Positions 52,343 to 64,000 of a DNA stretch of 64,000 nucleotides are shown here, one piece after another. This DNA comes from Octopus sinensis (taxonomy: Eukaryota). The first letter of the stretch is position 1; every line of letters starts with the position of its first letter. The position numbers and the translations under genes were made by a program. Below the pieces are notes generated by a model. It did no database searches, was not told the DNA's origin, and saw only the letters and a list, made by a program, of their open reading frames with translations. Location: positions 19,220,001-19,284,000 of the forward strand of contig NC_042999.1 in assembly GCF_006345805.1 (NCBI RefSeq). Reading direction: 5' to 3'.

Positions 52343-52718
52343 CTCCGTCGGTTGCGACGATGAGGGTCCCAGCTGATACGTTCAACGGAACAGCTTGCTC
52401 GTGATATTAACGTACAAGTGGCTGAGCATTCCACAGACACGTGTACCCTTAACGTAGTTCTCGGTGAGATTCAGCGTGACACAGAGAGTGTGACAAGACT
52501 GGCCCTTTGAAATACAGGTACAAGAGAAACAGGAAGAAAGAGCGAGAGAAAGTTGTGGTGAAAGAGTACAGCAGGGTTCACCACCACTCCCTGCCGGAGC
52601 CTCGTGGAGCATTAGGTGTTTTCGCTCAATAAACACTCACAATGCCCGGTCTGGGAATCGAAACCGCGATCCTCCGACCGCGAGTCCGCTGCCCTAACCT
52701 CTGGGCCATTGCGCCTCC
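52343..52718 (-). mobile_element. Full-length SINE D (C-type tRNA head, different body)
   Basis: A-box tggcccagagg and B-box ggtttcgattcc; body gtacctgtatttcaaagggccag...accgacggagtg. Confidence 0.9.
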
Positions 52719-53589
52719 TGCTCGCTGTATATGTTAGGTTGGATATAATGATTACAGATGTGGAGAAGAAATACTGTATAAGCAATTAAACGAGTAGCTT
52801 GGTAGGTTGTAAAAACTTCAACAAAAATTAGGGGATGTATTTGCAGACTCTGAAATATGCCCAACAGTTTGCCTGTTAGGATACATCCTACTTCCAGAAT
52901 TTTCTGTTGAAAATGGATTTGTTATGCTGGCTGCTTGCTAATTAATTTCCAAAACGCTTTTTCTTTCCATATAGTTTTTCTGTCAACAATACGCAAAATC
53001 ATATTCTTTTAAAAGGTGGTGGTGTACAAACATAGATAATCTAATGCTTATCATTTCAGCTTTTGAAAACAATGTATAATAACTTGCAGCGCAATAGATG
53101 TCTTATACATTTTCAGAGAAGAAATTAAGGTATAAATATTGTCTTATCAAACGTGAGACAGAAATAGCGCAAAGCTTCCAGATATAATCAGCACAATCGC
53201 CAACCACAGCAAGAGATTTTATACTCGCTTTCTTTACATGATTTCCTCAGAAGCACTAGAGTGTTCTGACGAGCAATTCAAGCAGGAAAATTAAATAGTT
53301 CCATTCGGTTAGCACGCCTACCACAAGCTGACGTCACAGATACTTAGTAAACTATTACCATATTTAATATTGCACTTTACCACTGATAATCATCTGCTAT
53401 GTTCTTCGTAAAATATTTTGGCTCTAGAACGAGAACAGTCATATTCAAAGCTCAAGGAAAGATAACTGATACACACAGACACACAAACACTCAAACCCAC
53501 ACATCTATACATATATGATATATCTACATTTATCTTCCTATCAATCTACCTATCTAACCTTCTACCTATAGATCTATCTGTCTTCAGCT

Positions 53590-53627
<38 letters not shown>

Positions 53628-53654
53628 GATCTTCGCTCTATATTATATATAATT

Positions 53655-53721
<67 letters not shown>

Positions 53722-53774
53722 ATAGCTATAGATATATTGTATATGTTATATATATAAATATATATTATATAAAT

Positions 53775-53970
53775 TGTCTGTCGTTTGTTCCGCCCCCATC
53801 ATCACTTGACAACCGATGTTGGTGTGTTTACGTCCCAATAACGTAGTGGTTCGTCAAAAGAGACCGATAAGAAAAGTACTAGGCTCACAAAGAATAAGAC
53901 CTGGGGTCAATTTATTCAACCAAAGGCGGTTTTCCAGCATGGCCACAGTCAGATGACTGAAACAAATAAC
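53775..53970 (+). mobile_element. SINE A 3' half
   Basis: Homologous to other A copies. Confidence 0.8.
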
Positions 53971-54060
53971 AATAAAAGTATATCTACGTATATATACATA
54001 TCTATATATATATATACATACGTATATATATATACATATATATTATATATATATATATAT

Positions 54061-54104
<44 letters not shown>

Positions 54105-54340
54105 CTTTAAAAAACCTCTTTATTTTATTTTCCCAAGATTTTCCCTTGTAACTGTTCTTAACATGTTCTTATTATCAAACAATGTATATATATGTCGTAA
54201 TATTTTTGTAACACCAGTACCTAACACAACCAAGCTTTTACATGTTACTTTTGACAATCTTTTTCTAAAGAAAGTGAAACCGGTCAAGTGAAAAGCATGT
54301 TTTAAAATTGCATTTTCAACCCTTCTTTCATATACATACT

Positions 54341-54399
<59 letters not shown>

Positions 54400-54542
54400 C
54401 ACACATACATAACATATACATACATTATAGTATATGTAAGTATATATATAGGTATATATATGTATGTACATATGTATGTACTATATGTATGTATATATAT
54501 ATATGATATATATATATATACTATATATCTATATCTATATAT

Positions 54543-54642
54543 NNNNNNNNNNNNNNNNNNNNNNNNNNNNNNNNNNNNNNNNNNNNNNNNNNNNNNNNNN
54601 NNNNNNNNNNNNNNNNNNNNNNNNNNNNNNNNNNNNNNNNNN
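54543..54642. other. Assembly gap (100 N)
   Basis: Run of n. Confidence 1.
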
Positions 54643-54900
54643 CCGCTAAGTTACAGGGACATAAACACAACAACAGCTAGTCAACTGATGGTGGGGTCAC
54701 AAATACAGTCAAATAAACATATTCATATACATATATATATATACAACGGGTTTCTTTCAGTTTCAGTCTACCAAGTCCATTCACTAGGCTTTGGTCGGTC
54801 CGATGCAATAATAGAAGAAACTTGCCCAAGGTGCCACGCAGTGGGACTCAACCTGGAACCATGTGGTTGGTAAGCAAGTTACTTCCCCAAAGCCGCTCCT
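54643..54900 (-). mobile_element. SINE A cut by the gap
   Basis: Homologous to other A copies. Confidence 0.82.
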
Positions 54901-55273
54901 GCACGTTTTCTCTCTCTCTCTCTCTTTCTCCCTCTTTCTCTCTCTCTCCATATATCTATATATATATATATATAATTATAATAAAGAGCACCGGAGTGGC
55001 CACGCCTATACGCTATAAGTAGACATCGAATGTCTGTAAGCCATTTTAAATTTGTTTTCTATTTCACTCCAACACATGGCCGAATGTGAGGTAATGGGGA
55101 AGAAGATTTACAAAATTTCGGATAACCCCCTATATCTTAAGATATGAACAAATATTTGTGTGTGTATGTGTGTTATATTTGTGTGTGTATGTATGTATGT
55201 ATGTATGTATGTATGTATGTATGTATGTATGTATGTATGTATGTATGTATGTATGTATGTATGTATGTATGTA

Positions 55274-55320
<47 letters not shown>

Positions 55321-55624
55321 GACTGAGAGTGTTAGGAAGTCATGTTTGGGCTGCATGCTAGTTTGTCAAAGCCGTATTCTAAGAATTCAGCTTGTCGGGG
55401 ACTATTCAACGGTACAAAATGAAGACGTTGGCAACAGCTCAACTGTCAGTTCAATACATTTTGAAATCTGATGTTTACTACGAACGCACGAAAGCGTTGA
55501 CTGACCTTTATGTTTATTACAAAATATTTTGTAGAATTTATATTTTAAAACAAAATAATAAAAAGTGTTAAAACCTGACTAATGATATATTATTCTATCA
55601 CATTTATGCAAATTCAATTCTCTC

Positions 55625-55659
<35 letters not shown>

Positions 55660-55963
55660 ATATATATATATATAATATATATTAATATATTATATATATA
55701 TATACATACATACACACACACACACACATACACACATATATATATATAATTAAGAATATCAAAGGCTAATCAGAAATATTAGACATTTCCATTACTACTT
55801 GTCTAGCGTGTAAAAAATTAAAATTTACTCAATAGACTATATGTTATTCATATAAATACACTGTATGTATTATACACAGCACTATATGTACACTGTATAT
55901 ATATATATGTGTATATGTGTGTGTGTGTGTGTATGTGTGTGTGTGTGTGAATGTGTGTGTGTT

Positions 55964-55994
<31 letters not shown>

Positions 55995-56327
55995 ATGTAT
56001 GTATGTATGTATGTATGTATGTATGTATATATATATATGGAAATCAAACTTATTTTATTCCAAACGGGTAGAAATATAGGAAAAATACAAGTTGAAAATA
56101 CATTGAGAAGAGTTAAAATATTTCTTATTAATATATTTAAAGTTTTAACCAGTTTCAGAGTTCAAATAGAAAGGCGTGGCTTATGTAGCAGCTGTCTTTC
56201 TTCTGACTAATATTTGAAGATTGTTCAAAACCTATTCAAAACATTTACTAATTTGAGCCATGAACTCCCAATAAAAATAGGGCAAGCTTCAAAAACTAAT
56301 CAGAAGCACATCAGCCGCGACATAAGC

Positions 56328-56373
56328 CACAAAATGTGGGGTGTAGCTGTGAGCTAATTCAGCATTTGTATAT

Positions 56374-56420
<47 letters not shown>

Positions 56421-56469
56421 CATTTATATATACATTTATACAGCTCACAGCTGCACCCCACAGTTTGTG
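56328..56469. repeat. 28-bp inverted repeat enclosing a TA microsatellite
   Basis: 56328-56355 versus 56442-56469, 2 mismatches. Confidence 0.85.
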
Positions 56470-56653
56470 TACGTAAACTTGAGGTGTATTTACGTTTATT
56501 TGTCAACAGCGAGAAATTTTGTCTACAAAACACAGTGAGTGGTTTTTATGCTAATTCGAATATGCCTCAAGAATATTTGAACTGGTAACAAATTTGTATA
56601 TTTATACACATTCCTGCTAAGCGCTGTCACTCCGTATAAATCCATATATAGAT

Positions 56654-56739
<86 letters not shown>

Positions 56740-57201
56740 AAGTGTGCTCTGCATGAGTGCGTGTGTGAGAGTGATCACGTATTATATGCGCATTCTTCTT
56801 TCTATTTCATGCGTTTCTATTTAGCTACGTTAGTATAAGTGTGTACGACCGCTTGCATGTAAGCGTACATGCATTTATTTTTATATTTGCCAACATGAGT
56901 TTATAATCTATGTCTTATGCTGTTGCACATAATTTGCACACTATTATCTTATTATTGAATCTTAGTAATATTCCGATGAAATAACGCTAATTCGATAATT
57001 GCACCGAGTTATAGCACAAGCCTTCTTCTACCAGGTATGTATGCATATATGTAAATCTATCTATTCTCTCTCTCTTTCTCTCCATCTCTATCTCTATCTC
57101 TCTCTCTCTCTCCTTCTCTCTCTCTATATCTATATATATATATATATATATATAGATATATAATATATATAATATTATATATATAAACATACATATGTGC
57201 A

Positions 57202-57240
<39 letters not shown>

Positions 57241-58399
57241 TATATATATACATTTATGTTAGTAAGTATGTGTGTGAGTGCGTGTGCGTGTCTGTGTGTG
57301 AGTGCCTATCTGTATGTGTGCGTATGTGCGTGTGTGTTTACGTACGTATATATACATGTAGTTAATTTTCATTACTAATATTCTACAATTAATTTTCCTT
57401 CTGAATGTTTACATACCTGCCTAAAAAACCTTTCTTTTAATTGGTGATATCTCTCACTCACTAACATTTATTATCACATTTATTTATCTAACAAATTTTC
57501 AAACATAATAATTCATATAATTTTTTAAAAAAAACATAATTAAGCTTCTTTCCTTCCAAAATTGTTGCTCACCTATAATTTACATATTTTTCATATAGTT
57601 TTTATCAGTTTCTGTGAAATCAATTTTTCAATTGTAATTTAATTTTACGAGTTATTTTATTTACCAAGTTCTACGTACAGAAAACCATATATTTTTCTGA
57701 GTTAAAAACAATCATATATTTATATACTTTTATTCATGAAAAGTAAACTACTAGAAATATGATAATAATTTTAGAATATTTTCTTTACCTATTTCTTTTT
57801 ATTTTTATGTTGCTGCTTCAGTTCTCTAACAAAGTTTAGCTTTAAATAACAACTGTTAACTATTATTTTTACTCAATTCTTTTTCTCGTCCTTGAATCGC
57901 GCAATCTAATAAATCTTTAAGTTTTCAACATCCTACTTAGGAAATTCAGCACAGCGAAATTTAAGTTCCTTTAATTTATTTATACTTAGATATTTCACCA
58001 TATCCACTTTATTAGGTTTTGTTTCACGTTTTTGTTTGTTTTTTTTTTTTACTTGATTTTCGTTTGTTTTGAAGCGAATTAAATTCATATTTCTTCAGAA
58101 GATTTATTTACGTTCATTTTGGTTTTGCAAGCTTAAGCATATTTCAACACATGAAATGAGATTGAGTTAATATTTGTTTTTAACAGTGATATTAACTGTT
58201 ACTAAGTTAGCTAACGTATGAGAATGCTGTATCTGTATAGATGAGATAAGAGGTTCACACTGCTACCACGAGCTTTCGTGTTGAGGCCCACTCTGCAATA
58301 CCTTCAGCAAATATATATACAAAATGTAATATAATATAAATAATATATAAATATATGCATATATACATACATATATGTACATACCTACATATAGATGTA

Positions 58400-58625
58400 T
58401 ATATATATACATGCATATATGGGTACAGGACATCAAACAACGTAGACAAAATGAGAAACGAGAACATAAAAACATAAACATAGAAAACTAACTTTTTACG
58501 AACAACGAAAGAAACAAGCAGAGAAACGAGATATGCAACATAAAGAACATTCCTTTCATCAGTTGTCCCCTGTTTAATCTACTCTGCGTTTCGAAGGTAG
58601 GGATAAGACGCGACTTTGTTAAAAT
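58400..58625. repeat. Short TA-associated interspersed repeat (unclassified)
   Basis: Complex A-rich element abutting (TA)n; identification from recall; single copy here. Confidence 0.45.
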
Positions 58626-58629
58626 AGTA

Positions 58630-58775
58630 ACCGAAATTTAGCAGTTCGGCAAAAGAAAAACGATATAATAGATACTAGGCTTACAAAGAATAAATCCTGG
58701 GGTCGATTTCTTCGACTTAAGGCAATGCTCCAGTCAAATGATTGAAACGTGTAATAGAGTAAAAGAATAAAAGAG
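58630..58775 (+). mobile_element. SINE A 3' tail
   Basis: tactaggcttacaaagaataaatcctggggtcgat. Confidence 0.75.
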
Positions 58776-59599
58776 TGCTTATATATAGACGCATAATATC
58801 CAAACAGAAACACAGAGGTACAACCCCTCAAATCCACTGACACACACACATACAGACACTCACACATTTGGGGTTGTCAAAGAAATTATTTCTTTTTCTC
58901 TAACTTGGCACTCTTTCCTCATATATCTGGAAAAAGTTAAAATTATTTGAAAATTCGAAAACGATTAAGAAAGTGTGTAATAAGAAAAGAGCGCTGCAAA
59001 AAACACTATGATAAAAACTTTATTCCCGTGCTATTCCAAGGCTTATTAAAACTGAAATGATATAAACGAATGGAATTATCTGACAACTCAATGCATACAC
59101 GGAAACAGTTCGCGAGCTTCAAAATGTCCCCCTACTTTTCCTACACATCATTTCTTGTGTCAGAAATTATCTATCATTTCTGTTACGTTGTCAAGGAATA
59201 CATCGGATTCCATTAATGACGCTTATTAATCCAATGTCTTATCCATTTGCCATATATGACAATTCACCTAATTGGATAGAAATATTCTTTATGATATAGA
59301 TTTGTGCCAAACATTTATAATTCCTTGAATATTTATGTAATTAACAAAGCGGAATTACAAATCTTGTCAAATGAAGTCTGAGCTATTGTTGGCAGCGGAT
59401 CTTATCTTATTACTGGTTATTATTGAACAGTTATTGGTCAGATGAAATGGTTGACACCTGTCATTTGCATAGACATTTTTACGTTGAGTCATAACAAGAA
59501 ACATAATATTCTGATTTACCTCCTACAAAGCCTAATTTTATTTGAAAGAGTGCCTGGAAGGAAAATAAAAGATATTATTGCCAGAAACTTGACACAAGA

Positions 59600-59830
59600 A
59601 TATTTAAAGAAACAGACATTGGTGAAATATCAGCGCTAATATTAAAATGATCTGTTATAAACATAGTTTGTTTTGTAATGTCATCCACTTCAGATAAATA
59701 TTTCATCGCCATACATCAAGTAGGTGATGAGCAAATATATTTATTATCTTCAAATATAAGCACGATAGTACCATAGAAATCATAAGCAAGTAACGATACC
59801 ATTATGCTTCCTTTTCAAAGAAGGTAAGAC
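59600..59830. repeat. Diverged paralog of 63790-64000, possibly a decayed coding sequence (minus strand)
   Basis: Roughly 70-75% identical by eye; see findings. Confidence 0.7.
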
Positions 59831-60259
59831 ACAATATATATATTTTAGTTCTAGAAGTACTGTACTGAGAAAATGACAGGATAAATACAGTTTCAAAGAC
59901 TTGTTCAATATCTAATATAAGGCTGAATAATATGACAAATATACGTTGGAGCTGATAATGAGTTAAGCAACTTCCTAGAAATAATAAGTAATACAAACAT
60001 TTAAGAAACTGCACATATTCCTTTGTGTTAGAACGAATCTGCCGTACAGTTAATTTGGTAATTGTTTCTTTACTGAAGTCCACTCCGTGACAGGCATTTC
60101 GGGTAGGTCTCTGGTTTAAGGTTAATTCTACAGAACAGTTATTGTTACTTCCTCTCCGTCCTCTTCATACAAATATATATATATATGTATATATAAATAT
60201 ATATATATAAATATATGTATATAAATATATGTATGTATATATATATGTATGTATATATA

Positions 60260-60297
<38 letters not shown>

Positions 60298-60298
60298 A

Positions 60299-60376
<78 letters not shown>

Positions 60377-60703
60377 GTGTGTGTGTATGTATATAGCAAT
60401 ATAATAAGTAAATAATATCTTTAATGGTCTTTAAAAAGAACCAACAATTATTTACTGGTAGATTTCGTCATGTAAATATGACCAATAACGGTAGGAACCT
60501 CTATAAAAGTTCAATATATATATATATTGTATATAAATAAAAGAGGCAGACAACAGGTTGCTTAGCCACATACCGAAAAAATTAGAAACAGCAGTCAAAG
60601 ACTGTTTATTTCTATTTTCTACAAATGAGACTCTACATACGACATATCCCTGTAATTCACATATGCAAAACAGAAGGAAGAAATAATGAAAACAAAGTCT
60701 AAC

Positions 60704-60779
60704 GGTCATTTACGAACGCGTTTCTAGATTAGGAATATAATAAAATATAAATTCCGTGTCTTTCATCAGCGTAAACCTC
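60704..60779 (-). ncRNA. Minimal type I hammerhead ribozyme candidate
   Basis: UUUACG CUGAUGA [long stem II] GAA ACGCGU U CGUAAA: 6-bp stem I, intact core, palindromic ACGCGU helix III, GUU triplet. Confidence 0.7.
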
Positions 60780-61036
60780 CACTAAAATAGATTTATCAAA
60801 TGCTACGTACCTCCACTTCCCGATCAGGCGACATCGAAATAGTGGAAGAAAGCAAGCATAGGCTAAACCTATAAAGAGACGATTGAATAAAGACACAGTC
60901 AGATGACGGAAACAAGTAAAAGAATAAAAGAATATATGTATAAATATATATTTATATTATTCATACTCGAAGACATATAAAATCATATAGAACGTATAAA
61001 CACTCGCTGAAACAGATATATATATATACACACATC

Positions 61037-61073
<37 letters not shown>

Positions 61074-61475
61074 AGAGCAAGAGAAAGTGGATCGATAAAC
61101 AGAAAGAAAGGACATGGGCAATCCTAGAAAAAAAAAACCAATGGAGTAGAAGACAGCGCTTGTATATGTGGCAGTGAATAATATTAATACTTGAAACCCA
61201 AATTCATTTTTGCCGTAAAACGGCAATAAAGCTATTGTTGACAGACAATGAGAAATAAAACTGAAAGATCAGGACATGAATACATGTTTTCTCTGCATCG
61301 CAAATTATATTTATTTGTAGATATATGTATTGAAATCCATACACACATACGTATGTGAGTATAATCGATTGATAAATATATATAAATATATATATATATG
61401 CATGTACGCATGTACCAGTTTATATTTGTCCGAATATATATGGAGACACATTAATATGTGTCTATGTACGTAATT

Positions 61476-61783
61476 ATAGGCGCAGTAGACCAGTGGTTAG
61501 GGCAGCGGATTCGCGACCGGAGGATCGCGGTTTCGATTCCCAGACCGGGCGTTGTGTGTTTATTGAGCGAAAAGACCTAAAGCTCCACGAGGCTCCGGCA
61601 GGGTTTGTTGGCGACTCCTGTTGTACTCTTTCGTCCCAAATTACTCTCACTCTTTCTTCCTGTTTCTTGAGTAACGTTGCGATGGACTGGCGTCGCGTTC
61701 AACTAGGGGAAACACATACGCCACAGAAACCGGGAAACCGGGCTCATGAGCCTCGCTAGGCTTGATAAGGGCGCACAAATAAA
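61476..61783 (+). mobile_element. SINE C
   Basis: 12-bp TSD atgtacgtaatt at 61464-61475 and 61784-61795; A/B boxes. Confidence 0.92.
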
Positions 61784-62364
61784 ATGTACGTAATTGTTTA
61801 ACTACATTGCGAATACACACAAATGCTCACTTACGCAGTAAGGTATTTGCATGGATATATTTGTATATAAAGTTTAAATATGTGTTTATCTGTAACGATA
61901 TATACGGATGTACATATGTCCGTGTCTCTTCCTTTCAAATGGAAGAAAGCTAATTTGTCTAAAGCGTAGATTCTCTATTCTCGATGTTGTTCCAGTAAAT
62001 TCATAATCTTACGTGGCGGGAAATGCTTGTGTGCGTACATATGTGTGGGTGTCCGCGCGTGCGCGAATGAATATATACGCATACACGTCGTCAAAGATTC
62101 CGCTTCTTCCATCTAGATTGATGTCCAAGAACTATAATTGTGTGGGTTTCACAACTGCTTAACATTCTGCCAAACATCAAAGAGGGGTTTTCAAAAGCAT
62201 TTGGCCAAGTTTTATCAGATATAACAGAAGGAATCGCATCGTCGCAGTAAGAGGCACCAAGAAGGGCGTCCCCGTCCAGCTCGCTACTACACCATATACA
62301 GAAAAGAAACCTAAACTCACTGAAAGGCGGCGCTCCAGCACGGCCACAGCCCCTGGCTGAAACC

Positions 62365-62750
62365 GGTGGCTGTGTGGCAAGAAGCTTGCTTACCAACCAC
62401 ATAGTTCTGGTTTCAGCCCCACTGCGTGGTACCTTGGGCAAGTGTCTTCTACTATAGCCTCGGGCCGACCAAAGTCTTGAGAGTAGCTTTGGTAGATGGA
62501 AACTGAAAGACGCCCGTCGTATATGAGTGTGTGTGTGCGAATTTGTGTGTCTGTATTTGTCCCCCCTCCGTCGCTTGACGATCAATGTTGGAGTATTTAC
62601 GTCCCCGTAACTTAACGGTTCGTCAAAAGAGACCGGTAAAATAAGTAGTAGGCTTACAAAGAATAAGTCCCGGGGTCGATTTCTTCGACTAAAGGTAGTA
62701 CCTCAGCATGGCCGCAGTCAAATGATTGAAACACGTGAAAAATAGAAGAA
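62365..62750 (+). mobile_element. SINE A
   Basis: Homologous to other A copies. Confidence 0.88.
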
Positions 62751-62824
62751 AAATAGAATGTGTGTGTGTGTGTGTTTGTGTGTTATAATTTAGAACAAAC
62801 AGTAAGTTGTCATTATAATACTCG

Positions 62825-62904
62825 GAGTTTCGAATGTCGGAGCGAAGAGCCGTTAACAGCCGACGGGAATGTATCGTAGTTCTTCGCTTCGACATTCGAA
62901 ACTC
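62825..62904. repeat. 80-nt hairpin (24-bp stem, 32-nt loop)
   Basis: gagtttcgaatgtcggagcgaaga versus tcttcgcttcgacattcgaaactc; the only difference is a G-U pair on the + strand. Confidence 0.9.
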
Positions 62905-63330
62905 GGCTCCCTGACATGCCTTCAAGAAGATTCAGATGTGAATATCGGGGAATTTGGACGACCTTACAAGCCCCATTTTCTGGTCTAATTTTTCCTCCGA
63001 TTGTAATCTCATTGATTGTAATCTCATTGATGTGGCACACGATTGAGAAATATACCAACCGTTCTACTTGCAAAACCAAGGCTGAGCTGGTGGACAAGAT
63101 CAAAGGAGTTTTCAAACATCTTCTCAGGGTTACAGTGAGATACTCATGCGCCTGCTTCTTGAGCAGTCTTGAGGTCGTGATAGGAGCTGAGGCCACTTTG
63201 AGTGACCTTTTATCACCCAGGAATAATTCAGTTCCTAGCTTTTGATATTTTTAATATTTTTATTTTTAGAAGGAATATTTTGTTTACTTATCCGTTTATC
63301 CAAACTGTCCTGATTATCCCGAATACCCAG
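62900..63330 (+). mobile_element. 3' part of a second maT/DD37D-like transposon
   Basis: SAP*H...TSPIFW...DCNLID..WHTIEKYTNRSTCKTKAELVDKIKGVF...EVVIGAE; TIR-like end ttatcccgaataccc. Confidence 0.75.
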
Positions 63331-63789
63331 TCAATATTTCCAGATTTTACTCTTTAAACAGTTTACATTCCTAAAAAGAGAGGTCATCGAACTATCGGAT
63401 ATTCAATGGATATTTTAACACAGCTTTTGATACCACTGGAATGTTCCAAGGGTGTTAACTGATATCTGCAAGCTATTGAATCAGTATTTAATTAACCGAT
63501 CTCTTACTCTTTACAGGAGAGCAATGTGTCATGTCATTTCATCTAATTACAGTTAAATCAGAGATTGCAAAATCTGTTATTGAATGAAGAACTAGCTTTA
63601 TATTAGCATGTTCAATGTTGACTTGCGCTATATTCTTACTTTCATACATGAATCATGGAAAAATATAGAATGCAATAGCTCTTGAATTGTTCGTAATAAA
63701 CTGCGAAACAATTATTGTATTGTCACTGAAAGCGTTCGCTCTTAAAACAACCAGAACACATGTGGAATGCAGTAGGACAGAAGAAGCTT

Positions 63790-64000
63790 TAGGTAAAATA
63801 TCAGTGCTGATATTAAATTCATCTGTTATAAAGTTCGTTTGTTTTGTAATATGTCTTCCACTTCTGATAAATATTCCATTGCCATACATCAAGTGGATGG
63901 TGGACAAATATATTTATCTCGTAAAATAAGCATGATATTATGATGGAAACTATAACCAAATATCACTACCATACAGCTTATTTTTTCATAGAAGGAAGGA
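63790..64000. repeat. Diverged paralog of 59600-59830 (runs off the window)
   Basis: Shared blocks such as atctgttataaa, gtttgttttgtaat, gccatacatcaagt and caaatatatttat. Confidence 0.7.

Noticed and set aside
58550-58625. CUGAUGA and GAAAC on the minus strand
   Set aside because: The order is wrong (GAAAC lies upstream of CUGAUGA) and no three-way junction could be drawn.
59700-60150. Cys-loop or chemotactile receptor-like transmembrane reading (YLLMISMVLSCL...HH)
   Set aside because: The resemblance is limited to hydrophobicity, the frame has stops, and substitution patterns favour a different frame. Not supportable.
61476-61560. tRNA gene
   Set aside because: It has A/B boxes only, continues into a SINE body and is flanked by a TSD. 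The same holds for the other tRNA-like heads.
62091-62585. 164-aa ORF on the minus strand
   Set aside because: It is a chimeric read-through of an antisense SINE A and adjacent repeat.

Overview
This is AT-rich eukaryotic DNA dominated by repeats. It is most likely an Octopus genome segment, inferred from the SINE families and microsatellite load. I found no recognisable intact host gene, rRNA, true tRNA gene or CRISPR array. Most of the supplied ORFs are translations of microsatellites or SINEs. The window contains many tRNA-derived SINEs of at least five families, several degraded R4/Dong-clade non-LTR retrotransposons associated with (TAA)n tracts, and CR1 and RTE fragments. It also contains an internally deleted mariner nested inside a Dong copy, two maT/DD37D-like remnants, non-autonomous Helitrons, and a 100-N gap. 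The most interesting signal is RNA structure. Three unrelated short elements sitting in or near microsatellites fold on paper into type I hammerhead ribozymes. The first is a canonical motif at 46287-46335 (-) inside a 132-bp palindrome. The second is a minimal motif with a palindromic helix III at 60704-60779 (-). The third is a family present in three copies with a variant CUGU-N-GA core (14915-14953, 33544-33579, 45014-45053). Several other long foldback elements could form dsRNA. All folds and homologies were judged by eye. Repeat boundaries are approximate unless target-site duplications (TSDs) or terminal inverted repeats (TIRs) are quoted.
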